A DNA stretch of 64,000 bases from Diplonema japonicum (taxonomy: Eukaryota; Protista; Euglenozoa: Diplonemea), in NCBI GenBank assembly GCA_964019335.1, contig OZ025722.1, forward strand, positions 1 through 64,000, written 5' to 3'. Shown one piece after another: positions 31,441 to 43,249 of this stretch. The notes beneath the pieces were generated by a model. The model had not been told where the DNA came from. It was given only the letters and a program-made list of their open reading frames with translations, and searched no databases. The position numbers were made by a program, and so were the translations under genes. How positions within the stretch are numbered: position 1 is the stretch's first letter; every line of letters begins with the position of its first letter.

Positions 31441-32117
31441 AACAGTCAGCACCCCCATGCACACTGAAATTTTATCATTTTTTTTTCTTTTTTTTTTTCC
31501 TTTTGTATATTGTGCACCAGGAGGTGCATTGTGACACCTGCTTTTCCCTGTGCAATTGGAAAAAGTAAAAAAAGGGTTGGATGGGCAATGTTGGCCAGAC
31601 TGGTGGTCTGAGGTCTGGCCCACAAACCACCCCAACACTGCAAATTTTCGACACACATGATGTATGCAACACAGGGTGCACAACACAGCATGTGTTTTAT
31701 AACATGTACCACTATGCTGCACAGGGAAAAGCAGGTGTCACAATGTGCACCTCCTGGAGAACAATATACAAAAAGAAAAAAAAAAAAAAAAAAAAAACAA
31801 TAAAATTTCAGTGTGCATGGGGGTGCTGACTGTTGGTAAAAAAAAAAAAAAAAAAACTTTTATCTTCTTTTTCAGGTGGTGGGGATAACATGAAAATATA
31901 AGAAAAACATCAGATGTGTTCGCTGTTGACCTCCTCATCTGTCATCACTGAGCAAACCACACGAGCGCAGAATCTTGGTTACCTGGGGTGCCCTGGCTGG
32001 GGTTGAGCTGAACACCACACACATTAAGGACACAACACAGAATGCAGAAGAAGCTACAACCTGGCCGTCCAGCCATCGTGATTAAGGAAATGACACGGAA
32101 CACAAAAAGCTACAACT
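31141..32117. repeat. Large inverted repeat (arms 31141-31554 / 31718-32117, ~165-bp spacer)
   Basis: Arms are reverse complements that differ largely by CpG transitions and homopolymer length. Confidence 0.85.
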
Positions 32118-32330
32118 CAGCCACGGTGATTAAGGACACGATGCAGAATGCAGAAGAAGCTACAACCCGGCTGTGGTGGTTAAGGAAATGACACGGAATG
32201 CAAGAAGTTACAACCTGGCTGCAGTGATTAAGGGCACGATGTGGAACGCAGAAGAAGCTACATCCCGGCTGCGGTGATTAAAGAAACGATGCAGAATGCA
32301 GAAGAAGCTACAACGCGGCTGCAGTGCACC
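32020..32330. repeat. ~42-44-bp minisatellite (GTGATTAAGGACACGATGCAGAATGCAGAAGAAGCTACAACCCGGCTG-like)
   Basis: About 7 degenerate tandem units; the same motif is dispersed across 28040-36200 on both strands. Confidence 0.75.
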
Positions 32331-32845
32331 CCCTGTAATCAAGTAGACAGTTCTTGTGCAGGGTGCTGCCAACACCAGCCTCCTTTAACTCATATATTTA
32401 TCTCCTATATATTATTTTCAGGTGGGGGGGGGACAACATGAAAATATGTGCAACAAACAGGCAGTGTGATGCAGGGGTTGAGCTGTACATCGCACGCATT
32501 AGGGGCACGGTGCTGAAAGCAAGGAACCGATCTGTTTACACAGGTTGTATAAACTTACACATCCTCCTCTTATACATATTATTTATTATTTCCCCCCTTT
32601 TCTATTACATCCAAATACAACATTTGATGTGGAAAGCAGAAACAACAGCTTGGCTTAGGTGTGCGAAAAAATGTGAGAAGACAAGAAAAAAAGAGGAAAA
32701 AAAAAAAAAAAAAGGTAAACACATCATGTATGTCAAAAAAAATCAAGGATTTTTTTCTCTTTTTTTTTTCCCCATTTTTTTTTCTTTTTTTCCAAAGGGA
32801 AAAAAAGAAAAAAAAAAAAAGTTGCAAAACTATCAAAAATAATGA

Positions 32846-32958
32846 CAGTGTTGGAGAGAGTCCCATGAGTCCCGTCGAGTCCCGTCCCATGGAGTCCCGT
32901 GAGTCCCGTCCAGGCCCGTATTCCGTTTTAGGGGACGGGACGGGACTGACCAACACTG
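32846..32958. mobile_element. 113-bp MITE-like element with CAGTGTTGG...CCAACACTG ends
   Basis: 9-bp TIR and internal GTCCC repeats; no TSD seen; related ends near 31586-31640 and 33637. Confidence 0.5.
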
Positions 32959-33842
32959 CTTCAAAATACCGAAGCAGCAGAAAAAAAGGAGCCAGCGGCC
33001 GCGCTAGGTATGGGAAGGCCTGATTAGAGATGGTGACAGTGGCAATGCCAGCGACAGCGGCAGCTCTTAGTCAACAAAAGGAGGGAAAACAACTTGTATT
33101 GTAACCTTTGTAACCCCTCTCTTGTTGTACCCCTTGTCACCCTGTTGTGCCCCTCGTGGTGAAGTAATTTCTGAGTGTCGTGAAATAAAACCACTTACCT
33201 ACCACCAAGTAATGCTTTACCGACCTCGAGGTAACGGTAAAATCATTACTTGTTGGCAGTAAATAGCTATTTTTTTTTTGCATTGTACTTTTCTTGCAAA
33301 GGCCTCTTTTTAATATTTTTTTCAAAGCAGGTCTCCAAACCCCCTGACATTTTTTTTAATTTTTTTTTTTTTTTTTTACATAGTCACAACAAGGTAGTAT
33401 GAGCCTTGCCTCACATCCCACCCAAACCTAGGACTTCTTTTTTTGAACCTTTGAAACCAAAAGTGCCAAAAAAATGCAAGCCCCAGCCTAAATTTGGGCC
33501 TTTGTGACACAAAAAACACAAAGAAATTTTTTGGTCCCAAGAGTCCCCTGAGTCCCCTCCAGACCCCTGAAAATTTCAGGGGGCTCCTGTCCTGTCCCTT
33601 GGAGTCCCCTGAGTCCCTCGGGTCTGGACCAACACTGCTCATTTTACTTTTTTTTGGTGGTGGGGATAACATGGAAATATAAAGAAGTACATCAGATGTG
33701 TTGTTCACTGTTGACCTCCCCGTTGGTCATCACCGGTACTCGGTCCACTTCTTGTTCTTTTGGGCAGGCTGGGGTTCCTCCAAGTGGGACATCTCTTCCT
33801 CCACTGCCTGCCTGGCGGCTGGGGGGGAGAGGCCTGTTGAAG

Positions 33843-35914
33843 CAGTGATGGGTGAATCTGGTCCGGTCCGGTGTACCCAATTTACCGGACTGACCAGACT
33901 GACCAGACTGACCGGATCGGCCAAACTGACCAGACTGACCAGACTCGAAAATTTTCTGCAATTTTTGACACACCTGCAAACACTTTTTTTTCAAATATTT
34001 TTGGACAATGATTTTTTTTCCTTTTTTTTTTTCTTCTTCTTCTTTGTACCACAGACATGCACAGCTCCATCAAGCCATTTGCACCTCTACTCCAGTGCAC
34101 TGCAGCTGCAGGTATGTACACATGTCTGGAAATGTTGTATTTGGATGTAACCCGGCTGTGGTGATCGACGTGGAACGCAGAAGAAGCTACAACCCAGCCG
34201 TGGTGAGAGATATATGAGTAAAAGGACCTGCACAAGACTACTTGATTACAGGGGGTACACCACAGCTTCTTCTGCGTTCCGTGTCGTGTCCTTAATGTGT
34301 GCGGTGTTCAGCTCAACCCCAGCCGGGGCGTCCCGGGTAACCAGATTCTGCTCATGCAGGGGTGGGTCGTTCCGTTCCCTTCCGCCAAACTGAAAAGTCG
34401 GAGCTTGGCAGAACGGCGGAACCAGTGGAACCGGAACTTGGCGGAACAGGGAATTCCTTACCTTTTTTTTTTTTTTTTTTTTTTTTTTTTCCTATTGTCC
34501 TTAATCACCGCAGCCTGGTTGTAGCTTCTTCTGTGTTCCGTGTCGTGTCCTTAATGTGTGCGGTGTTCAGTTCAACCCCAGCCAGGGCGTCCCAAGTAAC
34601 CAAGATTCTGCTCATGCAGGGGTGGGTCGTTTTGTTCCCTTCTGCCAAACTGAAAAGTCGGAACTTGGTGGAACGGCGGAACCGGAACTTGGCAGACAGG
34701 GAATTCCTTACCTTTTTTCCCCCCCCCCTTTTTTTTTTCCTCTTTGCATCATCAAGGTTGAAAGTGGTGACTATATCACCACAACACTGACAGCACAATA
34801 TTCCGTGTCGTGTTCTTAATGTGTGCAGTGTGCAGCTCAACACCAGAGCATCTGGAATACGTTCCTCCACTCGGGCTACCAGTGATGACCAACGTGGAGG
34901 TCAACAGCGAACAACACATCTGATGTACTTCTTATATTTCCATGTTATCTCCACCACCTGAATGATATATATAAGAGTTAAAGGAGGCTGGTGTTGGTGG
35001 CGCCCTGCACAAGAACTGTCTATTTGATTACAGGGGGCACACCGCAACCGAGTTGTAGCTTCTTCTGCATTCCGTGTCATGTCTTTAATGTGTGTGGTGT
35101 ACAGCTCAACCCCAGCCAGAGTGTCCCAGGTAACCAAGATTCGGCACTTGTGCAGTTTGCTGCCTGTTTGTCACCCTGAGCATCTGCATTATGTTCTTCC
35201 ACTCGGGAGCTACCGATGATGACCGATGAGGAGGTCAACAGTGAACAACACATCTGATGTTTTTTCATGTTATCCCCACCACCTTTGGAATAATATACAA
35301 GAGTTAAAGGAGGCTGGTGTTGGCAGTGCCCTGCACAAGAACTGTCTACTTGATTACAGGGGGTGCACCACAGCCGGGTTGTAGCTTCTTCTGCATTCTG
35401 CATTGTGTCCTTAATCACCACGGCCGAGTTGTACTGTTCTTCTGTGTTCTGTGTCGTGTCCTTAATGTGTGCAGTGTTCAGCTCAACCCTAGCCAGGGCG
35501 CCCCAGGTAACAAAGATTCTGCACTCATGCGGTTTGCTCGGTGATGACCGATGAGGAGGTCAACAGCGAACACATCTGATGTTTTTCTTATATTTTCATG
35601 TTATCCCCACCACCTGAAAAAGAAGATAATTTTTTTTTTCTTCGTTTCTCGTTGTTGTTGTTGTTGTCATCTCTCAGTACCTGTGTAACATCTTTTCTTG
35701 TAGACATCTGTTTATACGTTTGAACTCTGCAGCAAAAAAAAAGGGGGGGATGTGGTGTTGTGGTTGTATCTTGTCCGGTCCGGTTCAGTCCAGTCCGGTT
35801 CGGTCCGGTCCAGTCTGGTCAGTCCGGTCAGTCCGGCATAATTGGGTCGAAATTCACGCCGGATCCGGTCCGGTCCAGTCCGGTCTAGTCCTAATTAGGA
35901 TTCACCCATCACTG
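33843..35914 (-). mobile_element. CAGTG-ended non-autonomous DNA element, copy 2, with 7-bp TSD
   Basis: TIRs CAGTGATGGGTGAATC / GATTCACCCATCACTG; GTTGAAG at 33836-33842 and 35915-35921. Confidence 0.82.
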
Positions 35915-36516
35915 GTTGAAGCCCCTGCAATGGGTGCATACCGGTCATGGGCAGTCAAGAAGCCATGGAGCGACATGTTTTTTATTCAGGGTAGGGTTGG
36001 ATTTTTTTAAATGATTATTTATCTGGGTGGCAAACAGGCAGCAAACTACACGGGCTCAGAATCTTGGTTACCCAGGGCGCCCTGGCTGGGGTTGAGCTGC
36101 ACACCGCACGCATTAAGGACACGACGCGGAACGCAGAAGAAGCTACAGCTAGGCCGAGGTGCGCCCCCTGTAATCAAGTAAATGGTGCTTGTGCAGGGTG
36201 CCCCCACCGGCTTCCTTTAAATCATCGAGTTTACTTTATTTTTTGAATTTTTGCCTCGTGGGTTGGGTGTGGGTATAGAGTAGGTCCAAGACCCTTCACC
36301 TACATGTGGTGTTGATCTTCCACTTCCTCACTCTTTTACTCAACACTCAGACACAAAACAAAGTGTCCCCTTTTTTTTCTTTACCCTCACCACTTGAACT
36401 CCCCCTCTCTTTTTTGATTTTAATTCTTCAAGCCCAAGTCGAATTAGGCTCTTTTATTTTCTTTTTCATTTACCTTTTGTGCCCCAAAATCATGAAACCT
36501 ATTCAATCAAACAGTG

Positions 36517-36562
<46 letters not shown>

Positions 36563-38377
36563 ATGCTTTTAAACATGTTGCTGACCCAGGTCTGCCTGGG
36601 TGCTGTGACAGTCCCTACGAAATACTACACATGTGTGTCGGGGAAGTGCACGGCTGGAGGCAACGCGGCTGTTGGAATGGAGCTGGATGAGTGCTACATG
36701 CTGTGCGAAGCGAGGCTGTGGCCCTACCCATCGAAGGTTACGGTGGCTGGTCCTGGGGTGTCCCTGAACGGTGGTGTGGCTTGGGATGTGACGGGTGTCC
36801 CTGCTGGAGTGCAAAACCTTCTTGGTTGGATGCAGAATGAGTTCGAGTCCGTTGCTTTCAATAAGGGGAAGAGCAACACTGGCACCCCCCTCAAAATCAC
36901 CGTCAAGGTCACAAGTGCGGACCCCGTGATGGGCCTGAACACCGTTGAGAGCTACACCATCGCAGGATCCTCCTCGGCATACACCATCACTGCACCCACG
37001 GTCTTCGGGGCACGCCATGGTCTCGCTACCATCTCGCAGCTGATCACATACAGCAAGACCAAGGGGACCTACAGGGGTCCGACCACCACAAGCATCGACG
37101 ACGCACCCAAGTACCCGTACAGGGGCGTCATGGTCGATGTGTCTAGGAACTTCATTAATATCGAAACACTGAAGATGAACATCCGCGCCATGGGGATGTC
37201 GAAGCTCAACGCACTGCACCTGCACATCTCGGACACTGCCTCATTCCCCATCGAGGTGGCCCAGAGGTTGAACCTCACGATGACGGGTGCCTACAGCAAC
37301 GAGGAAGTCTACAGGACGCAGGACCTGGTTGCGCTGGCAAACTACTCAACGGTATGGGGTGTGAGGCTCATCCCCGAGATCGACCAGCCCGCTCACGCCC
37401 GTGCAGGATGGGAGTGGGGCCCCAGTGCTGGTCTTGGTGACCTTGTCGTGTGCAATGCCCCAAACGTCAACTGGGATAACTCCGCACTGGAGCCGCCCTC
37501 TGGACAGTTCAACCCCATCAACGACAACGTACATGCTATACTCTCAGATGTGTACAAAGAGCTTGTGGCAAGTGTGAACCCCACGATCTTCCACATTGGT
37601 GGTGACGAGGTAGTGGTAGGATCCGACGCGGCAGGCACTTCTTGTTGGAACAACACCCAGAAGGCCAAGCCTGTTGTTGACTGGGTGGTGGCCAATGGGT
37701 ACGACAGGGCAGACAGGAACACTTGGTACGGGGTTTGGAGGAACTTCACCCTGAAGTCAATGGCAAGCGTGGAGAACGTCTACGCCGGTGCCCCAAACGC
37801 AAAGTTGGAAAAAATCATGCAGTGGGCTGGAGCCGATGCCAGCGGGTGGAACCTTGTCGCACAGCCCGGGAGGACCACTACCTTCCCAACCGACAAGTTC
37901 ATGTTCCAGGTATGGGACTCGTACACGGCCTCCATCACGCCCACTCTGCTGAACGAGGGCTACGATGTGGTTGTCTCGAACTACGACCTGGTGTACTTGG
38001 ACTGTGGGGGCTCTAACTGGGTGCATGAGGGTAAGAGCTGGTGCTCTTACAACTCTTGGTACCAAATTTATGACTCAGTTCCCACTGCCTTAAAGGAATG
38101 GAGCAAGCAGCTGCACCCCGGCGCCGCTGCCAACTTGAAGGGTTTCGAGGTCACCATGTGGACAGAGCACGTTGACTCCCTCTCCATCATGCCTGGTATT
38201 TGGCCTCGGGCTGCTGCTCTGGCCGAGCGTCTCTGGAGCGACCCGTCGGGAACCTGGCAGCAGGCAGACCCCCGTATGCAGTTCCACCGTGCACGCCTTG
38301 CACAGAAGGGCATCATCACTGCTGCTCTGCAACCTGAATGGTGTCTCCAAAACGGTGCCTACAGCTGCACCGTCTAG
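36563..38377 (+). CDS. Secreted GH20 beta-N-acetylhexosaminidase
   Basis: YRGVMVDVSRNF, LHLHISD, PEIDQPAH, HIGGDE catalytic motif, MWTE, WPRAAALAERLW. Confidence 0.95.
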   Translation: MLLNMLLTQVCLGAVTVPTKYYTCVSGKCTAGGNAAVGMELDECYMLCEARLWPYPSKVTVAGPGVSLNGGVAWDVTGVPAGVQNLLGWMQNEFESVAFNKGKSNTGTPLKITVKVTSADPVMGLNTVESYTIAGSSSAYTITAPTVFGARHGLATISQLITYSKTKGTYRGPTTTSIDDAPKYPYRGVMVDVSRNFINIETLKMNIRAMGMSKLNALHLHISDTASFPIEVAQRLNLTMTGAYSNEEVYRTQDLVALANYSTVWGVRLIPEIDQPAHARAGWEWGPSAGLGDLVVCNAPNVNWDNSALEPPSGQFNPINDNVHAILSDVYKELVASVNPTIFHIGGDEVVVGSDAAGTSCWNNTQKAKPVVDWVVANGYDRADRNTWYGVWRNFTLKSMASVENVYAGAPNAKLEKIMQWAGADASGWNLVAQPGRTTTFPTDKFMFQVWDSYTASITPTLLNEGYDVVVSNYDLVYLDCGGSNWVHEGKSWCSYNSWYQIYDSVPTALKEWSKQLHPGAAANLKGFEVTMWTEHVDSLSIMPGIWPRAAALAERLWSDPSGTWQQADPRMQFHRARLAQKGIITAALQPEWCLQNGAYSCTV

Positions 38378-38736
38378 TTGCAAACCTTTGTTCGTTCAGC
38401 AGTGTTGTGTTTTAATGTACTGTGCATACTAGCAGGCTGCTTCCCTGGCACTCTTTGATTCTAGGACTCCTTCCCCCCCCCCCCCCCCTTCCGTTTTTCG
38501 CTTTTTTTCTTCTTTTTCTGATGCGTGCTTTCCCCCCCCCCTTCTTTTTCTTTTCCGCTTTTTCTCTAATCGGAAGCTTGGTTTCCGGATATTTTTGTTT
38601 CCTTTTCGTCTTTTGTGAGCACCAGAATGCACGGCAAAGAAGAAAAATAAAAATAAAAGAAGAAGCAACAAAAAGAACCATATACAGGATTGGGGACTTG
38701 GCAAACCGAACCAAACAAACAAGAAAGTTATCGAAC

Positions 38737-40859
38737 ATGACAGAGCTTTACGAGCCTGATGGGCTTGCCGCGCACGACGACCCAATGAAGTCGCCGGGCG
38801 GGAGTGTCTCGCAGATGGATGTAGATGAAGACTCGCAGTGGGTATGAGGTAGGGACAAGAAGTTATCGCAACACACAGATGGACAGGTCTGACATGCTGA
38901 GACCTGGGCCAATAAGGACGCTCATTGAGACTGGTTGCAGCAGCCTGACAGACTCGGTATGTGAACCACCACACACAACACCGCACCTGACAGCCCTTGG
39001 AGCCTCCTGAGAACCGTCGCCTCACTGCTGAGGACATCCTTGGCAGGGCACTTCTGAAGTCCCCCAAAACACCTCCCACGCTCAAGTCCCCTACTGTGAG
39101 GTTCGCAGCAGTGGACTCAGGCGTGATCCTGAGCCCAGGGATGAAGTGTGTCAGTCCTAATGTGAAGTTCATCGAACCAGAAAAAGAGGACCAGTCGCCT
39201 GAGCCGGGTGTGGCGCAGCCCGGTTTGGCCATTGCAGGCGGCCGAAGGGGCCGCCACCGCAAGGCAAGGAGGACATTCTTCTTTGGGAAAATCATTGAAT
39301 GCAACAGATGCGGGTCGAAGATCAGGGAAAGGTTCTCTGAGAAGCACAGGGAAAAGTGCCTCCCGTTCGGGCAGGTAGGGTCCCTGCACATCAAAGTCTC
39401 GAAAGATCTGCGAGTTATAGAGGTGCTAGAGCAGGGTGCAGCGGACAGGGCAGGCATACGCCCCAATGATATCATCATTCGTGTAACCAACCCTGTGCGT
39501 GGGTGCGCGGTGGCAACAAGAGAGGATTTCCTGAAGGCCGTGGGGCCCAGGAGCGAAGTGTTCCAGGGTGTTACTATTAAAGTGCTCGTTATCAGGGACC
39601 CGGAGGTGATCGCAAAGTGGAAAAAGATGCGTGGCCTGTCGATGGGCGACTTCGGATCGACGGCAACAATGAGGAAGCAAGCATCGTTCATCCAGGAGGG
39701 CACGGTGGAGTGCACGGTGGTTGTGGGCAAGGAGACGGACGCTGCAAGGGAGAACAGGAGGAAGAAGCTGGAGAAGATGCGCCAGGTGTTCCCCGAAATG
39801 AACATGGAGATGGTGGATGACTTCATGACGAACCCTGAAGCCTGCAGGGGGCACATCCAGGAGGCCTTCAACAAGGCAGACCTGGACGGCAACGGCTACC
39901 TCGACAAGAATGAGATGTATGAAGTCTTCAAGAACATGGCAAGGCTCTCTGGTGTCGAGCCCCCCACGCAGGAGCACGCTTCGGAGTCATTCAGCGAAAT
40001 CGACGTGGACGGCTCGGGCTCCATCTCGTTCGACGAGTTCTTCCCGTACCTGCGTGCCCTGTTCCTAGACGTGGTCTGGGGCGAAGGCACAAGGTCTAAG
40101 TGCGCAAGGTGCGGACTGCGAGTGAGGGACAAATTCTACGGTCGCCACTTAAAGGTATGCATGGGTGTGGAGTTCCCCATGGGTGTGCTTGACGTGGGGG
40201 TCGCAAGTTCCGGAAAGCTTGCCATCACAGAAGTGTTACCTGGTGGGCTGGCAGAAAAGGCAGGGTTCAAGAAGGGAGACATCGTGAAGGCGGTGAACGG
40301 GAAGATAGTGGGCGCGAAGAACGGGATGGCACGTGCCCTTGGACCCGTGTCACATGTGTATGCAGGGTCCGAGGCGGAGATCACACTGCTCGGGACGGAT
40401 GGACAGGAACGAACAGTTGAGTTCAAGATGGGACTGCTGTCTGAGGATGCGGAGGAAGATGTCATGATCGCGATAGAGGCGGAGCTCGAGAAGTCGTACC
40501 CCAAGCTGGAGCTGGGTCTCTTCAATGACATAGTGTGCGAATTCCGTGGCTGCAAGCAGCGTGTGGAGAAGGCATTCTTCGAGAACGATGAGGACGGCAA
40601 CGGGTACCTCACGAACCTTGAGGTGAGGGAAGCCTTCTGCTCCATCTGTCGCGTGGCGTGCTTGCTTCCACCCACCGATAGCATCATCGACAACTTGTTC
40701 CTCGAGGTTACAGGGGACCTTACTAGCCGTGTCTCCTTTGAGGAGTTCCTCCCTCTCGTCAAGAGGCACTTCACCTCTATCATCAGCCCCACGCTGTGGA
40801 CTAAGTTCAACTTGAGCACCGATCCCAACGCGCTCAGGCCTGTTGTTGTGGCTGCATGA
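38737..40859 (+). CDS. Protein with duplicated [C2HC finger - PDZ - EF-hand pair] module; inferred exons 38737-38841, 38879-38956, 38994-40859
   Basis: EF loops DLDGNGYLDKNE, DVDGSGSISFDE, DEDGNGYLTNLE; PDZ EVLEQGAADRAGIRPNDII and EVLPGGLAEKAGFKKGDIV; two 37-nt GTATG..ACAG introns restore the frame. Confidence 0.85.
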
Positions 40860-41977
40860 AAGGGGGGGAAAAAAGAACAAAAAAAAATGAAATATTGTAT
40901 CTCCCCTGTTGATTCCAACCCTGCCTCTTACCCCTCCTGGTATTGTTTTGTAGTTGCAAAGTCCCTGTGGCTTAAGATACGAGAAGAAGGAGGAAACCAA
41001 AGAAAGAAAAAAAAAAAAAGTGAAAAGAAAAAAAAAAAAAAAAAAAAAAAAAGAAACACAACGTAAGAAAAAAGAAAAAAGGGAACGGGAGAAGAAAAAA
41101 AAAAAGAAATTTTTTCCTTCTCCCGTTTTTTTTTGTCCCCCTCTTCCCCCTTTATTCCAATCCTTTCCCTTTTCTCCAATTAAAAAAAAATTCGGTATCT
41201 TCAGGCACACATACTTCACTCGGAGAGAGGGAAGGTAGGGGGAAACCCACTGCGCTCAAGTAGCCTTATATCTCTGAATTACAAAAAAAAAAAGTCATTT
41301 GAGCCTTTTTGAGATATAGGGTTTTACAAAAAAAAAAAAGGAAAATGGATGTTGTGAATCCAGGGAGGGGGGATGTTTATTGTTTCAGCTTTCATGAACT
41401 GCAGTTCAAACCCTCTTGGCAGGATCTTCTTCCCCCTCCCTCCCCTCCGTTTTCCTATTTGTAGTTGGGCTGCCCACATTCTTTTTTTCTGGCGGAGAGT
41501 GAGCACTTCCCCCTCTCCCTTGTTTCCTCCCCATCCCTATTTTTTAAGGCCACCTTCTCCTTTCCTTGATTGTTGCATTGTGAGCCGGCAAGAAAAAAAA
41601 ATAAAGCTAAACTTCCCTTCCCACCCCTTTGAAAAAAAAAAAAATCTGTTTCCCATCAACAAAACAACAGAAAAAAAAAATAAAATACAAGAAGGAAAAA
41701 AAAAGTGACTGACAGGGAAAAAAAAAGATGAAAACACACCCCTCCCCTCCCCTTCCCTTTCCCAGAGATCAGAGTGAAAGAGAGAAGGGGGTCTTCTCCT
41801 TTGTTTGATAGAGCGTTGTGTAACCCCTATCCAAGTTTTTCCTTATTTTCTTTTTGTTTTATTTTATTTGCCCACACCCAGCTCCCCCTCTGCCCACAGT
41901 TTTGTAATTGTTTTCTTTTTCCTCTTTCCCCCCCCTTTCTAATTTAATAGCACCCTCCCCACACCACAGCAGACTAA

Positions 41978-43249
41978 ATGGAACCGAAACGAGATACCAT
42001 TGGGATAGCCCCGCCCTCCCCGGTGCCGCATGTACCTTCTCCTTCCCCTTCTTCTTCCCCTTCCCCTTCCCCGATCCCGACACCACTGCCAATGCCATCG
42101 GCAGTGCCGAAGATGTGGCCCCAGCCGCGCCACGAAGTTATCTCAAAACTGCAGAAAGACTTGCATCACGAGAGAAAGCGCTACGAGCAGGAGGCATCCA
42201 AGGCACTGCTGTATCATGAGGAGGCGCTTTCCCTGAAGCGCACAGTAGACCAGCAGGAAAAGACCATCCAGCAAATGAAGCTCCAGATGGGTCTGAAGGA
42301 GAAGGAGAACGCCACCATGCAACGACGTCTCGCGCAGCGCGGCTCCGAGCGGAACGAACGTGACCAGCGGCTGCAGGAACTGGAGGCTCAAGTGCAGCGG
42401 CAGAACGAGGACCGAGAAGCCCTGAAGAAAGAATTACACCTGGTGAAGAGCATGCAAGAGCTGAGAGATTTGGCGGACAAAGAGAGGGATGCGAAGGAGA
42501 ACGAGAGAGAGACACAGAGGGAGATCGAAATGGAGAAGATGAAGGCGATGGAAATAGCATTGGAGAAGGGAAGGGAAAAGGAACAAGAAAGAGAACGAGC
42601 GATACAAGACATGGAGAAGGACATGGAAAGTGAGCTGAGGTCAGTGCTGGACATGGACAACATGGAGATAGAAGTACCAAAGGCGGGGATGGAGACGAAA
42701 GCAGAAGTGGAGACGGACATGGAAATGAATGTAGAGATGGAGAACCGGCAGCTCGACGGGAATGAGATGTGGAATGTGAAAAGCACCGCAGAGCCTAGTG
42801 CGTCACCTGACATGTTGCAAGCTCTGGATGTTAGTAACATGCTTGCGAACTTTACAGACGTGCCATCTCTGGTGCAGAAGAGTAACCAGCTGCAAAACGA
42901 AGGCTCTGAAGAGGAAGAGGAAGAAGAGGAGGAGGAAGAAGAGGAAGAAGAAGAAGAAGAAGAGGAAGAAGAAGAAGAAGAAAGGGAAGTGCCGGCTACG
43001 TCCACCCAAGAACACACAAAGCAACTTCTCCCTGTCATCAAGAAAGAGCGAGTAACCCCCAACGCAGTACCTGTCATGGAGCCACCGAGGATGTCCCTCA
43101 CATTGCATGCCGACCTGTACCCAGATAGCAATCAACCACCAAAGATGTACACGCTACAAGAGTGCAGGGAGCTTTCGGATGTAGCCCTGGTCAGCCTCAT
43201 CAGGAAGCGGGTCACTTTGGGGAAGGCCAAGAAAAGGAGGCTGGCATAG
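41978..43249 (+). CDS. Hypothetical coiled-coil protein with Pro-rich start and poly-Glu tract
   Basis: 423-aa ORF with coding-like composition; no recognised domain. Confidence 0.75.
   Translation: MEPKRDTIGIAPPSPVPHVPSPSPSSSPSPSPIPTPLPMPSAVPKMWPQPRHEVISKLQKDLHHERKRYEQEASKALLYHEEALSLKRTVDQQEKTIQQMKLQMGLKEKENATMQRRLAQRGSERNERDQRLQELEAQVQRQNEDREALKKELHLVKSMQELRDLADKERDAKENERETQREIEMEKMKAMEIALEKGREKEQERERAIQDMEKDMESELRSVLDMDNMEIEVPKAGMETKAEVETDMEMNVEMENRQLDGNEMWNVKSTAEPSASPDMLQALDVSNMLANFTDVPSLVQKSNQLQNEGSEEEEEEEEEEEEEEEEEEEEEEEEEREVPATSTQEHTKQLLPVIKKERVTPNAVPVMEPPRMSLTLHADLYPDSNQPPKMYTLQECRELSDVALVSLIRKRVTLGKAKKRRLA

Larger units (their letters stand above)
27907..36562. other. Divergent strand-switch region filled with nested repeats
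   Basis: All intact genes to the left are on minus, all to the right on plus; no credible host gene inside. Confidence 0.75.

Noticed and set aside
32020-32330. AAGCTACA in the minisatellite as SL relics
   Set aside because: Only 8 nt shared; the GTTTCTGTACTTTATTG core is absent
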